NCBI GenBank assembly: GCA_041937175.2
Contig: CP166615.1
Location: 3,584,001-3,648,000 of the forward strand
From: Limnothrix sp. BL-A-16
Lineage (GTDB): Bacteria; Cyanobacteriota; Cyanobacteriia; CACIAM-69d
Length of the DNA stretch: 64,000 nucleotides
Direction: 5' to 3'
Positions 10,875 through 21,149 of the stretch are shown piece after piece. A program made the position numbers and the translations under genes. Positions within the stretch are counted from its first letter, which is position 1. Each line of letters begins with the position of its first letter. Below the pieces are notes generated by a model. It was not told where the DNA came from, did no database searches, and was given only the letters and a program-made list of their open reading frames with translations.

Positions 10875-11852
10875 ATGATCTCTACGAAGTTGCGTCGTCG
10901 GAGCGCGATTTTGGCCGGAGCAGTGGCAGCGCTGGCATTTGTTACGAACTGGGGCACCCAAGCCGCTCAGTCCCAGAACAACACGATCGCCATTGATGGG
11001 TCGAGCACGGTGTTCCCCATTACAGAAGCAGTGGCCGAAGAGTTCCAAGCTTCCAAGCGGGGAGCTGTGCGGGTGACGGTTGGGATCTCGGGAACCGGCG
11101 GCGGTTTCAAGAAGTTCTGCAACGGTGAATTGGATATCAGCAACGCATCGCGGCCAATTAAGGAAAGCGAGCAACAGGCTTGCGCCGCTAAGGGAATTGA
11201 GTACGTGGAGCTGCCAGTTGCCTACGATGCGCTGACGGTGGTGGTGAACCCCCGCAACACTTGGGCCGCCAGCATGACCACCGCAGAATTGAAGGCCATG
11301 TGGGAGGGGGCTGCCGAAGGAAAAATTACGAAGTGGAGCCAAGTTCGTCCCGGCTGGCCGGATGTGAAGTTCACGCTGTTTGGCCCCGGTGCAGATTCGG
11401 GCACGTTTGACTATTTCAATGAAGTGATTTTGGGCAAGGACAACAAGAGCCGCACGGACTACACGCCCAGCGAAGATGACAACGTGTTGGTGCAGGGCGT
11501 TTCGCGCGATCAAAACGCCTTGGGCTATTTCGGCTTTGCCTACTATGACCTGAACAAGAGCCGCGTGAAGGCGGTGGCCATTGACTCGGGCAAGGGTGCT
11601 GTGATGCCGGCCGTCGCAACGGTGAATGATGGAACCTATACGCCGCTGTCGCGCCCTATCTACATTTACGTGAAGAAGTCGGCGCTCGATCGCGCTGAGG
11701 TGCGCGAGTTTTCGGAGTTTTACCTGAAGAATGCAACTCGTCTGGTGCGGGAAGTGGACTACGTGCCGCTGCCGGATGCGGACTACCGAGCGGCGACCCA
11801 GCGCCTGAGCCAACGGGAAGTGGGCCGCAAGCCGCTGCGGGCGGGCCTGTAG
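10875..11852 (+). CDS. pstS: Phosphate ABC transporter substrate-binding protein PstS
   Basis: [42 protein letters not shown] upstream of ATG 10875. Confidence 0.95.
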   Translation: MISTKLRRRSAILAGAVAALAFVTNWGTQAAQSQNNTIAIDGSSTVFPITEAVAEEFQASKRGAVRVTVGISGTGGGFKKFCNGELDISNASRPIKESEQQACAAKGIEYVELPVAYDALTVVVNPRNTWAASMTTAELKAMWEGAAEGKITKWSQVRPGWPDVKFTLFGPGADSGTFDYFNEVILGKDNKSRTDYTPSEDDNVLVQGVSRDQNALGYFGFAYYDLNKSRVKAVAIDSGKGAVMPAVATVNDGTYTPLSRPIYIYVKKSALDRAEVREFSEFYLKNATRLVREVDYVPLPDADYRAATQRLSQREVGRKPLRAGL

Positions 11853-12011
11853 GCCCAATCGCTGAGATAGCAAGCGGCGCTGGGCAACTGTGGATCGATC
11901 GAACCCCACTGGGGATCATGGGTCGATCGCGACGGTGGCCCAGCGCCTGAGCTAATCAAACTGAGTGAACTGGGGCAAGCGGTCTGCCAATGGGGTCGAT
12001 CGCTTGCTCCT

Positions 12012-12953
12012 TTGATATCAAGACCTATGGCTTTGCGAGATTCAACTCCCCTCAACCCTTGGCGGCGATCGCGCGATCGACAGCGCTGGACTGAACGGGC
12101 GATCGAACTGTTGCTGTTGCTGGCGGCCCTCTCTTCGATCGCCACCCTGCTCGGCATTCTTTACGTTTTGGTGGGTGAATCCCTACAGTTTTTTCAGCAA
12201 GTTTCCCTTTGGGAATTCATCACTGGAACCCGCTGGACTCCCCTGTTTGGCGATCCCAAATATGGCATTTGGCCGCTGCTATCTGGAACCTTGACGACCA
12301 CCTTTGTGGCTTTGCTGATTGCCATTCCCTTTGGCACTGCGATCGCCATTTATTCCAGTGAATTTGCACCCACCATGGTGCGCGAAATTCTGAAACCGCT
12401 GCTGGAATTGTTAGCCGGTGTGCCCAGCGTTGTTTATGGCTACTTTGCCCTGTTGGTGGTCACGCCCCTATTGCAACAGGTGCTTCCTTGGCTCCCCGGC
12501 TTCAACATGATCAGCGCGGGCGCAGTCATGGGATTAGCCATTATTCCGTTGGTTAGTTCCATCAGTGAAGATGCCATGCAAGCCGTGCCCAATACCCTGC
12601 GCGAGGGATCCTATGCCATGGGGGCAACCAAGCTCCAAACGGCGTTGAAAGTGGTGTTTCCGTCGGCCATTTCTGGGATTATGTCCGCCTATATTTTGGG
12701 CACATCCCGCGCCTTGGGGGAAACCATGATCGTGACGATCGCGGCTGGTTTGCAACCCACCCTCACCTTCAATCCCTTTGAGCAAGCTGCCACGATCACG
12801 GCCTACATTGTGCAGGTCAGCATGGGCGATTTGCCCCACGGCACTTTGCAATATCAAACCATTTTTGCCGCAGGATTAACGCTGGTTCTTTTAACCCTTG
12901 TCCTGAACATTATTGGTCACTTACTGACAAAACGTTATCGCGAGCGTTACTGA
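12012..12953 (+). CDS. pstC: Phosphate ABC transporter permease PstC
   Basis: ELLAGVPSVVYG, SRALGETM; true start may be ATG 12027. Confidence 0.95.
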   Translation: MISRPMALRDSTPLNPWRRSRDRQRWTERAIELLLLLAALSSIATLLGILYVLVGESLQFFQQVSLWEFITGTRWTPLFGDPKYGIWPLLSGTLTTTFVALLIAIPFGTAIAIYSSEFAPTMVREILKPLLELLAGVPSVVYGYFALLVVTPLLQQVLPWLPGFNMISAGAVMGLAIIPLVSSISEDAMQAVPNTLREGSYAMGATKLQTALKVVFPSAISGIMSAYILGTSRALGETMIVTIAAGLQPTLTFNPFEQAATITAYIVQVSMGDLPHGTLQYQTIFAAGLTLVLLTLVLNIIGHLLTKRYRERY

Positions 12954-13894
12954 TGTTAGCTGCCAAGTTTTCAGACCTCATTACACCCCAACTGGGTCAC
13001 CAACTCCATCAACGTAAGCTGCTGAATTTGGGCTTTATGGTGATGGGCTTGGTGGCAATTTTGGTGGCATTGTTCACCCTGGCAGCCTTGATTATTCATA
13101 TGGCCATGAGTGGCTGGCCAAGGCTCAGTACCTGGGAGTTTTTCACGGCTTTTGCCAGCCGTCGCCCAGAACGCGCCGGTATTTTAGCCGCTTGGGTTGG
13201 CAGTTTGTTGGTGATTTCGGTTACTGCCATTGTTGCAGTGCCGATCGGGGTAGCAGCGGGTATTTATTTGGAAGAATATGCTCACAAGAATTGGCTTTCA
13301 GAATTGATTGAGATCAACGTCACCAACTTGGCTGGAGTTCCTTCCATTATTTATGGACTTTTGGCCTTGGGTGTGTTTGTCTATGAATTCAAGTTTGGGC
13401 GTAGTGTCTTAACGGCTGGTTGCACGCTGGCGCTGTTGATTTTGCCGATCGTAATTGTGACCACGCGAGAGTCCTTGCGATCGATTCCGCAAATGATTCG
13501 TGAGGCCGCCTATGCGGTGGGAGCCACCCAATGGCAGGTCATTTGGCATCATGTTTTGCCCTACTCGATCGGGGGCATTTTGACGGGAACCATCATTGGT
13601 TTGTCGCGGGCAATTGGTGAAACCTCCAGCTTGATTACGATTGGTGCTTTAACCTTTATTGCCTTTTTGCCCGAGTCTCCTTTTCAAGGCAAACCACCTT
13701 TTGTGTCCTGGGAATGGTTGAATTCTCCCTTCACCGTGATGCCAATCCAAATGTTCAATTGGGTTTCTCGGCCCAATCCTGAATTTCAGATCAACGCGGC
13801 AGCGGCAGGCACAGTGTTAATGACCATGACTTTGCTGATGAATGGCTTTGCAATTTATCTCCGCTATCGTCTGCGTCAAGGAATCAAATGGTAA
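12953..13894 (+). CDS. pstA: Phosphate ABC transporter permease PstA
   Basis: [24 protein letters not shown]. Confidence 0.95.
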   Translation: MLAAKFSDLITPQLGHQLHQRKLLNLGFMVMGLVAILVALFTLAALIIHMAMSGWPRLSTWEFFTAFASRRPERAGILAAWVGSLLVISVTAIVAVPIGVAAGIYLEEYAHKNWLSELIEINVTNLAGVPSIIYGLLALGVFVYEFKFGRSVLTAGCTLALLILPIVIVTTRESLRSIPQMIREAAYAVGATQWQVIWHHVLPYSIGGILTGTIIGLSRAIGETSSLITIGALTFIAFLPESPFQGKPPFVSWEWLNSPFTVMPIQMFNWVSRPNPEFQINAAAAGTVLMTMTLLMNGFAIYLRYRLRQGIKW

Positions 13895-14691
13895 CCAGCA
13901 GCTCAGAGACTATGCAGCGACTTGATAGCCAATTTCCCATTAAAGCGGAAGTACGATCGCTTGATTTTTACTACGGTCAGTCCCAGGTGCTGAACGATAT
14001 CAACCTTGCGATTCCCGATCGGCAAATTACGGCCCTCATGGGGCCATCTGGGTGCGGTAAAACAACCTTATTGCGGTGTTTTAACCGAATGCATGACCTA
14101 TATCCTAACAATCGCTATCGGGGTGAAATTCTCTTAGATCAACGACATAATATTCTCAGTCCCAGCATTGACCCGATCGAGGTGCGGATGCGAATTGGGA
14201 TGGTTTTTCAAAAACCAAATCCCTTCCCAAAATCGGTTTATGAAAATGTAGCCTATGGTTTACGGGTTCAGGGTCGTACTCAGCGATCGGACTTGGATGA
14301 AAAGGTGGAAGCGGCCCTCAAGTCAGCCGCCCTCTGGCATGAGGTGAAAGATCGCCTAAAAGAACCAGCGTTTAATCTTTCCGGTGGCCAACAACAGCGA
14401 CTTTGTATTGCTCGTGCCCTCGTAACTAACCCCGATTTAGTGTTATTCGACGAGCCAACCTCTGCGTTGGATCCCATGTCCACAGCCCATATTGAAGAAT
14501 TAATGCGGCAACTGAAGGCCCAAGTCACGATTTTGATTGTGACCCACAGCTTGCAACAGGCAGCACGATTTTCAGACTATGCCGCTTTCATGTATTTGGG
14601 AAAACTTGTGGAATTTCAAAGAACGACAAAGCTGTTTGCTGAACCACAAGATCCACTCACCCAATCTTATTTATCAGGCAGTGTTGGCTAA
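13888..14691 (+). CDS. pstB: Phosphate ABC transporter ATPase PstB
   Basis: [40 protein letters not shown]. Confidence 0.96.
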   Translation: MVTSSSETMQRLDSQFPIKAEVRSLDFYYGQSQVLNDINLAIPDRQITALMGPSGCGKTTLLRCFNRMHDLYPNNRYRGEILLDQRHNILSPSIDPIEVRMRIGMVFQKPNPFPKSVYENVAYGLRVQGRTQRSDLDEKVEAALKSAALWHEVKDRLKEPAFNLSGGQQQRLCIARALVTNPDLVLFDEPTSALDPMSTAHIEELMRQLKAQVTILIVTHSLQQAARFSDYAAFMYLGKLVEFQRTTKLFAEPQDPLTQSYLSGSVG

Positions 14692-14806
14692 AGAGTTTTG
14701 AGATCCGAAGCATTCATTGCTCAACGGTTAATTAGCGTTGATTTTGATTTTGACTTTGATTGCTATTTAGACCGGTTGCCATTACTCATTTGGACGATCG
14801 CCTCCC

Positions 14807-15727
14807 ATGGGTTCTTCACCAATGCTGAACTTTAAACTTGATTCCCTACCCTGGGCTGCCAACCAGTGGAAACAGATTCAGCGATCGATTCCTTATTTGC
14901 TGAACCTTTGCAATCGGCCATTGCTGTTTGTGGCGATCGGGCTGCATGTGGCGGTGTTGATGTTGCCCACGCCCGATCGCACTGAAACCGAAAAACAGCC
15001 CCCCAAGGAAGTGATTAAGGTTTCCCAATTAAGCGCCGCGCCGCCAAAACCCAAGCCTCAAAAACCCAAAAACGCCAAGCCCAAACCCCAAAAACCCAAA
15101 CCCCAAAAACCCAAAGCCACGCCCCCCAGGCGCTCGCCCGCGTTGGTAGCCACGCCGCCCAAACCCAAGCCCACGGAACCAGCCAAGCCCACCCCCACCG
15201 CAAAGCCTGAACCCACCCCCAAGCCTGATCCCCAAGGCGAAGATCCCTTAGCCAATACGCCACCGGTCAACACGCCCCCCGTGAATCAAGCGGGCGGCGA
15301 CAGCACCGGCAGCGGCAAGGGATTGGTGGATGAATTAAGCAAAGAAATTCTGGCTAAATTGCTGGAAAGTGGCACTAATGATGAAGCCACGCTTCAGGAA
15401 TTTATGGTCAGTATTCCTGAAACCATTCCTGAGGGAATTTATGGTGATTTTGTGGGAGCCGATGGCCAAATTTTGGTCGATCGCGGGGCCTTTGCCTCGT
15501 TGGCGATTCCTCAAATGTCTGCCAGTGCTGCCTACTCGGACTACATTGAGCCAACCCTATCGCAAAAACTGGGATTTGAAGTCACGGAAATGGATCCCAA
15601 CTACGGTAGCTCTAAATTGTTTATGGCTAAAAATACCGGTGGCATTACTTTCTTTTTTAGCCTTGTGAAGCTGACCAATAGTAGTGGTGCTTTTATGGTG
15701 CTTTGGAAAACGGATCCAAGAACTTAG
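14807..15727 (+). CDS. Membrane-anchored Pro/Lys-rich protein with TonB-like N-terminal architecture
   Basis: TM 'LLFVAIGLHVAVLMLP' containing His, then a long KP/EP linker and an unrecognised globular C-terminus. Confidence 0.6.
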   Translation: MGSSPMLNFKLDSLPWAANQWKQIQRSIPYLLNLCNRPLLFVAIGLHVAVLMLPTPDRTETEKQPPKEVIKVSQLSAAPPKPKPQKPKNAKPKPQKPKPQKPKATPPRRSPALVATPPKPKPTEPAKPTPTAKPEPTPKPDPQGEDPLANTPPVNTPPVNQAGGDSTGSGKGLVDELSKEILAKLLESGTNDEATLQEFMVSIPETIPEGIYGDFVGADGQILVDRGAFASLAIPQMSASAAYSDYIEPTLSQKLGFEVTEMDPNYGSSKLFMAKNTGGITFFFSLVKLTNSSGAFMVLWKTDPRT

Positions 15728-15804
15728 AGGATGTCTGAGAGGTTACTTGGGATACTGGCAAAACACTAGTATTTGTGGAGACTGAGGGCCGGTCGCCAGT
15801 TCGG

Positions 15805-16218
15805 TTAAAAGCGTTGCCAGTGGGCACGGCCCCGCCAAAACACACCGACTAAAATTGCCATCACCATCGGCTCGCTGAAGGAAATCAGCAACACCGGCAA
15901 CGGCAGCAGGCTCAAAAGACCCAGTTCGCCCCCCACACAGGCCACCAACGTCCACAGGCTGCCCCCATTGAGTCGCACTTGCGGAAACAGCCGCTCGGCA
16001 CAATGCACCGCCAAGGCTCCCAAGCCCAGCCCGATCGCCAGGATTAAAAAAATTGACCAGGATCCCAACCCCATCAACCCCGCTGCGAGGGGCGGCCAGG
16101 CTTCGGCCAAGATAATTACCCCTTGGTCGATCGCCATGGCCAGGGCGAGGCTGAGGGCCGCCGCACCGGCCATGGATCCCCAGGGTTGTTGGGTAATTTG
16201 TCGCCAGGGTTGGCTCAC
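15805..16218 (-). CDS. Hypothetical membrane protein
   Basis: Four hydrophobic segments; immediately downstream of queF on the same strand. Confidence 0.7.
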   Translation of the reverse strand: MSQPWRQITQQPWGSMAGAAALSLALAMAIDQGVIILAEAWPPLAAGLMGLGSWSIFLILAIGLGLGALAVHCAERLFPQVRLNGGSLWTLVACVGGELGLLSLLPLPVLLISFSEPMVMAILVGVFWRGRAHWQRF

Positions 16219-16239
16219 GCGATCGACTCCGAAATGGGG

Positions 16240-16653
16240 CTAGGCTTGGGCGGGTTTTTGGTGGCGCACTTCCACCACGGTGTGGACATTGCCACGGGGG
16301 TTAAAATCACCCACGATCGTCGCTTCCAACGGATCGGCGGCTGCCACAAAGTCGTCCAAAATTTGGTTAATGGATTCTTCGTGGGAAATGTAGCGATCGC
16401 GGTAGCTGTTGATATAGAGCTTGATCGCCTTCAGTTCCACAACTTTTTGATCGGGCACATAGTCGATCGAAATTTTGGCAAAGTCGGGATAGCCGGAAAA
16501 GGGGCATTTGCAGGTAAATTCCGGCAAGCTAATTTGCACATGATAGATCCGACCCGGCCGCGGATTGGGGAAGGTGATCAGTTGTCCTTCTTCGATTTGG
16601 CGCTCACCGTATTTCACGGGTTCGTGGGCGGTGTCGGCGGTGGCTTGGCTCAT
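16240..16653 (-). CDS. queF: NADPH-dependent 7-cyano-7-deazaguanine (preQ0) reductase
   Basis: PEFTCKCPFSGYPDFA, VELKAIKLY, SHEE, FNPRG; start set at MSQATA. Confidence 0.95.
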   Translation of the reverse strand: MSQATADTAHEPVKYGERQIEEGQLITFPNPRPGRIYHVQISLPEFTCKCPFSGYPDFAKISIDYVPDQKVVELKAIKLYINSYRDRYISHEESINQILDDFVAAADPLEATIVGDFNPRGNVHTVVEVRHQKPAQA

Positions 16654-16890
16654 GGCTGTGGCTCTGTGAGGTTGCGAGACTGGAGAACAGTTTACAAAAC
16701 TTGATGGATTCACTCCAGCCAACCAGCCCCATTTAGACCACGGGCGATCGGCCGCGCGATCGAGCCAGTCCCGATCGGGAAATCCAGATCACGTGAGTTC
16801 GCAACCCAGATTGGGGAGTCGATCCTAAGGGCGATCGTTGATAATGGCCGGGAGTCTTTGCCGTTATTCAACGTTGGGTTGGGTTGAGCT

Positions 16891-17586
16891 ATGGATAGCA
16901 ACGTTTCGCCGAAGTCCCTTGTGTCGTCCGGGCCAAGCGGTTCCCAAGGCACAATTCCCGTGGCGGTTTATCGCCAATTGGCTTCGGAACTGCAAGCTAC
17001 CCGCGCCATGTTGGAAGCAGTGCAAAAGCACAATGCCCAACTGACCCAGCAGCGCGATCGCCTGCGATCGGACTTGGATGCCTTGGCGGAAGCCGTGGCC
17101 ACCCTGCGGGCCAATGCCACGCCCCAGGATGCCCCACGCCCCTTAGATCCCAATCCCTTGAGTGTTGCGCCCAGCGCCCCGATCGCCTCGCCGCCGCCGA
17201 TGGTGGCCAGGCCGCCGCAGCCCGCTTTGGCCCCCAACGCCCCGATCGCGGGAGATCCGTTCCAGCAAGCGGCCGTGAGTGATTGGAACGCCTTGCCGGA
17301 CTTGGAACCCATGGCGGAATTTTATGGAGCCGCCAACGAACCGCAACCGACCCGGCTGGGAGGCTTGGGCAACTTTGGGCGATCGACCCCCAACGGCGGC
17401 TCCGGCGAGTCCAGCTCTGGCATTTGGCCCATTTTGGCGATCGCCCTGATTGCCATGACGGCCTTTGGCATTAGCTTTGCCCTGGTGCGGCCGATCATGG
17501 ACAGCAAGCAAAAACCCTTCCAGCCAGCCCAACCCCAAATTCAGCCCAACCCCAGCCCCAACGCAGCGCCCGCCAATCCCCGCTAG
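16891..17586 (+). CDS. Hypothetical coiled-coil, Pro-rich membrane protein
   Basis: IPVAVYRQLASELQATRA coiled coil, Pro-rich linker, C-terminal TM. Confidence 0.7.
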   Translation: MDSNVSPKSLVSSGPSGSQGTIPVAVYRQLASELQATRAMLEAVQKHNAQLTQQRDRLRSDLDALAEAVATLRANATPQDAPRPLDPNPLSVAPSAPIASPPPMVARPPQPALAPNAPIAGDPFQQAAVSDWNALPDLEPMAEFYGAANEPQPTRLGGLGNFGRSTPNGGSGESSSGIWPILAIALIAMTAFGISFALVRPIMDSKQKPFQPAQPQIQPNPSPNAAPANPR

Positions 17587-17612
17587 CCATCACAACCGGC
17601 CTCAGACATCCC

Positions 17613-18095
17613 CTAAGCAACGGTTTCCAAGAGAGCCACGGCATAGGCACAGATGCCCTCCTCGCGTCCCGTGGGGCCCAATTTTTCGTTGGTGGTGGCC
17701 TTCACGCCAACGCGATCAGGTTCAATGCCCAAAACTTCCGCAAGGCGCGATCGCATGGCGTTGATGTGGGGTTTCAGTTTGGGCCGTTCCGCCACCACCA
17801 CGGAATCAATATTGCTGACTTGCCAACCCCGATCGCTCAGGAGTTGGTTGACCTGAGCCAGAAGCTTCAGGCTGTCTGCTCCCTTCCATTGGGGATCCGT
17901 GGGCGGAAAGTAGTGACCAATATCGCCCAGGCTGAGGGCCCCCAACATCGCATCCATAATTGCGTGGGTCAGCACATCCGCATCGCTGTGGCCTTCTAAT
18001 CCCAACTCGTGATCGATTTTGATGCCGCCCAAAATCAAGTCCCGATCGGGCCCCAGGCGATGAATGTCATAGCCATTGCCAATCCGAATTGCCAT
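17613..18095 (-). CDS. ispF: 2-C-methyl-D-erythritol 2,4-cyclodiphosphate synthase
   Basis: [36 protein letters not shown]. Confidence 0.97.
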   Translation of the reverse strand: MAIRIGNGYDIHRLGPDRDLILGGIKIDHELGLEGHSDADVLTHAIMDAMLGALSLGDIGHYFPPTDPQWKGADSLKLLAQVNQLLSDRGWQVSNIDSVVVAERPKLKPHINAMRSRLAEVLGIEPDRVGVKATTNEKLGPTGREEGICAYAVALLETVA

Positions 18096-18221
18096 CGATT
18101 TTCCTCCTGTATTTGCATCCCTAACTCAGCCATCGTTGAGAATGTCTGAACCGCCAAAAGTGATCCGCAACTGACCCAATTAATCAACGAACACAAGTCA
18201 ACGAACACAAGGCAACCAAGA

Positions 18222-18241
18222 CAAGGGGCTTAAGCCCCTTG
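18222..18241. repeat. REP-like palindrome CAAGGGGCTTAAGCCCCTTG
   Basis: Perfect 20-bp palindrome recurring across the window. Confidence 0.85.
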
Positions 18242-18242
18242 C

Positions 18243-18342
18243 TCCCCGACTGCTGGTGTTCTCTTGTTCCCCGACTGCTGGTGTTCTCTTGTTCCCCGAC
18301 TGCTGGTGTTCTCTTGTTCCCCGACTGCTGGTGTTCCCTTGC
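18243..18342. repeat. 25-bp tandem repeat x4 (TCCCCGACTGCTGGTGTTCTCTTGT)
   Basis: Three identical units and one variant, no spacers, directly after the palindrome. Confidence 0.9.
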
Positions 18343-18411
18343 CCCTGCGACGACTGGCATTTAGCCAGTGCTTCCAGACACTTTTCAGACATCCTTCCTT
18401 TCAGACATCCT

Positions 18412-20070
18412 TTAAGATTGGGTGGGTTGAATCAGCGGCAATAGCTCCGATCGCCGTTGATTCCAAGCAGCCAAAGCCGTCGGATCCGAAGCCGTATTCA
18501 GCTTCAGCAAAACCACCCCATCTTCCACCATTTGCACCCCATAGTAGCCTTGGGCCAGCACGCGATCGGCTAAGGGCACAAACTCCCGCAATTCACCCCG
18601 TTCCTTACTGAAAGCCACCTGATAGCGGGCTAAATGCCAAGTATCGGCCAGCAAATAATCAGCGGAATAAACCTGTTGATTATCACGACGAATTTCCGTC
18701 CAAGGAAGGCGAATAATCGCTCGGCGGCTGGACAGGGGTGGAACTAAATAAGTTGTGGCCGCAACGCTCGCATCTTCAGGAATTTGCGCGAGCACCTTGC
18801 GCACATGACCCACATGGTTCCACTGTTCCGGCAGCGACACATAAACCCAAGGCTGCACCGAATCAGGAATTAGAAAATATAAAACCCGATGGGGATTAGA
18901 CGTGAAGGAAAACAGCAACGAGAGGGCAATGCAAGCGGCCCAAAACCGCCGAAACTTCGGTTGTTTGAATCGATCGCCATGGGACTTCCACCACAAAATC
19001 GCCCCATAAAACATCCCCGGCACGATCGTGATCGCATAGCGAATGTTAATAGACAGAGCCGATTCCCCTTGCTGCAAGAAAATCTTCAGCAATCCAAACC
19101 CAGAAATAATCCAACTGGCGGGAGACAGGGCCGGCACGAAAGCCAAGGGCAACCAATGACCTGCTAAATATTTCAAGGTTTCAAAGGGCGGATTCACTAG
19201 CTCCCAAATCAATAGCCAAGGCTGAGTCAGCATGGCTTTCAAAATGTCAATCGAGGAAGCTTCCTCTTCACCCACATATTGCCCAAAACGCTCAATCATG
19301 AATCGTTTGGAAATATCTGGCGAAAAGAAGGGCATGAATACATTAGTACAGGTCACCACATACAGAAACGACAGGGTGCAAAGCCCCAATCCTTGGGATG
19401 GAAACCGGCGACTCAAGACCATGTAAGCCCCAATGCCAAATAACCCAATTCCTTGATCTTCACGAACCAATAAACTGAGACCTGCCACCAGCCAAAACAA
19501 CCACCAAATCCGCCTTTCCATGGCCAACAAAATGGTGAAGAAAAAGAGCGGAATTTGGCACAGGTCGTGGAAGTTGGAAAAGGTGGGGCCAATGACGGCG
19601 TTGGCGGCATAGTAGCCCGTGACAATCCAAGCGGAAACGGGGCCACTGAGGTGTTGCCGGGCCAGGGCATACAGCACAAAACCAGCGGCGGTAATTAGCC
19701 CCACTTGCAAAAACACCAGGGTGACGGCCTGGGAATGGAGGGCATAAATCGGCAGCCACAGGAGCAAGGCGGGGGTAAAGTGTTGCCCCAGACGACGATA
19801 GAACACTTCGGCGGCTTGTCCATCTTGTTTGACGGCGCTGGAGAGGGAGGAGGACAGGGAACTTTCAAACCAGCGCCCGTGCAGGTTATTCCAAAAAACC
19901 TGGTTAAAGATGCCCTGGTCGTAGGAAGCGTAGAGGGTGAAGTAGCGGTGCAAACCCAGGATGAGGGTCACTGCGCCGAACAGGGCGGCCACGATGCAAA
20001 CATGGCGCAGATTGGGGCGATCGCGCAGGGTGTTGCGCCCGAGGGTGAACCATTGGTTAACGACTTGCAT
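18412..20070 (-). CDS. DUF2079 family integral membrane protein
   Basis: SYDQGIFNQVFWN, GQHFTP, NFHD, LLVRED motifs; many TMs. Confidence 0.85.
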   Translation of the reverse strand: MQVVNQWFTLGRNTLRDRPNLRHVCIVAALFGAVTLILGLHRYFTLYASYDQGIFNQVFWNNLHGRWFESSLSSSLSSAVKQDGQAAEVFYRRLGQHFTPALLLWLPIYALHSQAVTLVFLQVGLITAAGFVLYALARQHLSGPVSAWIVTGYYAANAVIGPTFSNFHDLCQIPLFFFTILLAMERRIWWLFWLVAGLSLLVREDQGIGLFGIGAYMVLSRRFPSQGLGLCTLSFLYVVTCTNVFMPFFSPDISKRFMIERFGQYVGEEEASSIDILKAMLTQPWLLIWELVNPPFETLKYLAGHWLPLAFVPALSPASWIISGFGLLKIFLQQGESALSINIRYAITIVPGMFYGAILWWKSHGDRFKQPKFRRFWAACIALSLLFSFTSNPHRVLYFLIPDSVQPWVYVSLPEQWNHVGHVRKVLAQIPEDASVAATTYLVPPLSSRRAIIRLPWTEIRRDNQQVYSADYLLADTWHLARYQVAFSKERGELREFVPLADRVLAQGYYGVQMVEDGVVLLKLNTASDPTALAAWNQRRSELLPLIQPTQS

Positions 20071-20395
20071 GGTCGATCGCGCCTTGAGCCTGTTAATGGG
20101 GAACTGAAGCGAATGGGGAATCCGGGGGCTATTGTGCCACGCGGGGTTGTCCTTCGTGGGGATCGGGAAGCCAAACCGGTCTGGGGCGCGGCTGGGGGCG
20201 GGCGATCGGGCGATCTCGGGCGATCTCGGGCGATCGGTCTAGGGGATCACAAGATTCGCAGGGCCGCTTAAGGGATTGCTGGAACTCTTCAAAGAAACGT
20301 TAAATCTTGCAAACAAACTCCACCGTTCCCCAAGGTTTCGGTTCAAGATAGCCTCAAATTTGCTGTGTTTCGGGCGTTTCACCCCTTCAGAATCT

Positions 20396-20662
20396 ATGTT
20401 GAACGTTTCTTTGTCCCTGCTGGCGGCTGTACCCACGACCCTCGAATGGAGTCCGAAGGTGGGTGCGGTGATGATTGCTTGCAATGTGCTGGCGATCGCC
20501 ATCGGCAAATACTCGATCAAGTATCCCAGCGCGGCTCCGGCCCTGCCCTCGCCCGCTTTGTTCGGTGGGATGGGCTTCCCGGCCCTGCTGGCCACCACGA
20601 GCTTTGGCCACATTCTCGGGTTAGGGACAATCTTGGGCTTGTCCTATCTGGGCGCAATGTAA
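20396..20662 (+). CDS. psaK: Photosystem I reaction centre subunit PsaK
   Basis: WSPKVGAVMIACN...LLATTSFGHILGLGTILGL. Confidence 0.93.
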   Translation: MLNVSLSLLAAVPTTLEWSPKVGAVMIACNVLAIAIGKYSIKYPSAAPALPSPALFGGMGFPALLATTSFGHILGLGTILGLSYLGAM

Positions 20663-20938
20663 GGGGCGATCGCCCGATTTTGAAACTACCTGGTCATTCA
20701 GGGTGCATTGAACTCACCCAGTTTTTGACAGAGCGCGCGCCCAAAGGAGACCTGCAATTTCGCAAGACTCGGGCCGCAATGTGCTAAAAATTGGTGTGCC
20801 AAAACTAGTTTCCACTCCTCGCACCGCCATCGTCTAGCAATCGTTTATGTGCCGATCGGGTAGGGTTGCGTTTTGAACTTCAAAGCGACTCCTCTAATCC
20901 AGAGCTTCTTCAGAACTGATTGATAACGAATGGTTGAA

Positions 20939-20985
20939 GCGCCAAACTTCGGGACAGCATCCCCTGGGTTTGGCGCATTTTTTTT
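20939..20985 (+). terminator. Rho-independent terminator
   Basis: GCGCCAAAC...GTTTGGCGC stem followed by A and T8. Confidence 0.75.
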
Positions 20986-21052
20986 GGCTGGCCAGGGCGA
21001 TCTGATCCCGCATCCACTGCGAGATCCCCAGGGATCACAGGATCCTTGGGGG

Positions 21053-21130
21053 CAAGGGGTTTAAACCCCTTGTCTGGTGTTCTGGTGTTCTGGTGTTCTG
21101 GTGCTCTGGTGCTCTGGTGCTGGGGTGCTC
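21053..21130. repeat. REP-like palindrome variant (CAAGGGGTTTAAACCCCTTG) followed by 8-bp TCTGGTG(T/C) tandem repeats
   Basis: Seen directly. Confidence 0.8.
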
Positions 21131-21149
21131 GGAGCAGCAGGGCAAATGC

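Noticed and set aside
10590..11909. 439-aa minus-strand ORF
   Set aside because: Antisense shadow of pstS; the same applies to other long antisense ORFs over GC-rich genes (e.g. 4920-5783, 21572-22660, 52663-53541)
16654..16890. preQ1 riboswitch upstream of queF
   Set aside because: No hairpin plus A-rich tail pattern seen
18243..18342. Possible CRISPR array
   Set aside because: The units are contiguous with no unique spacers, and there are no cas genes in the window
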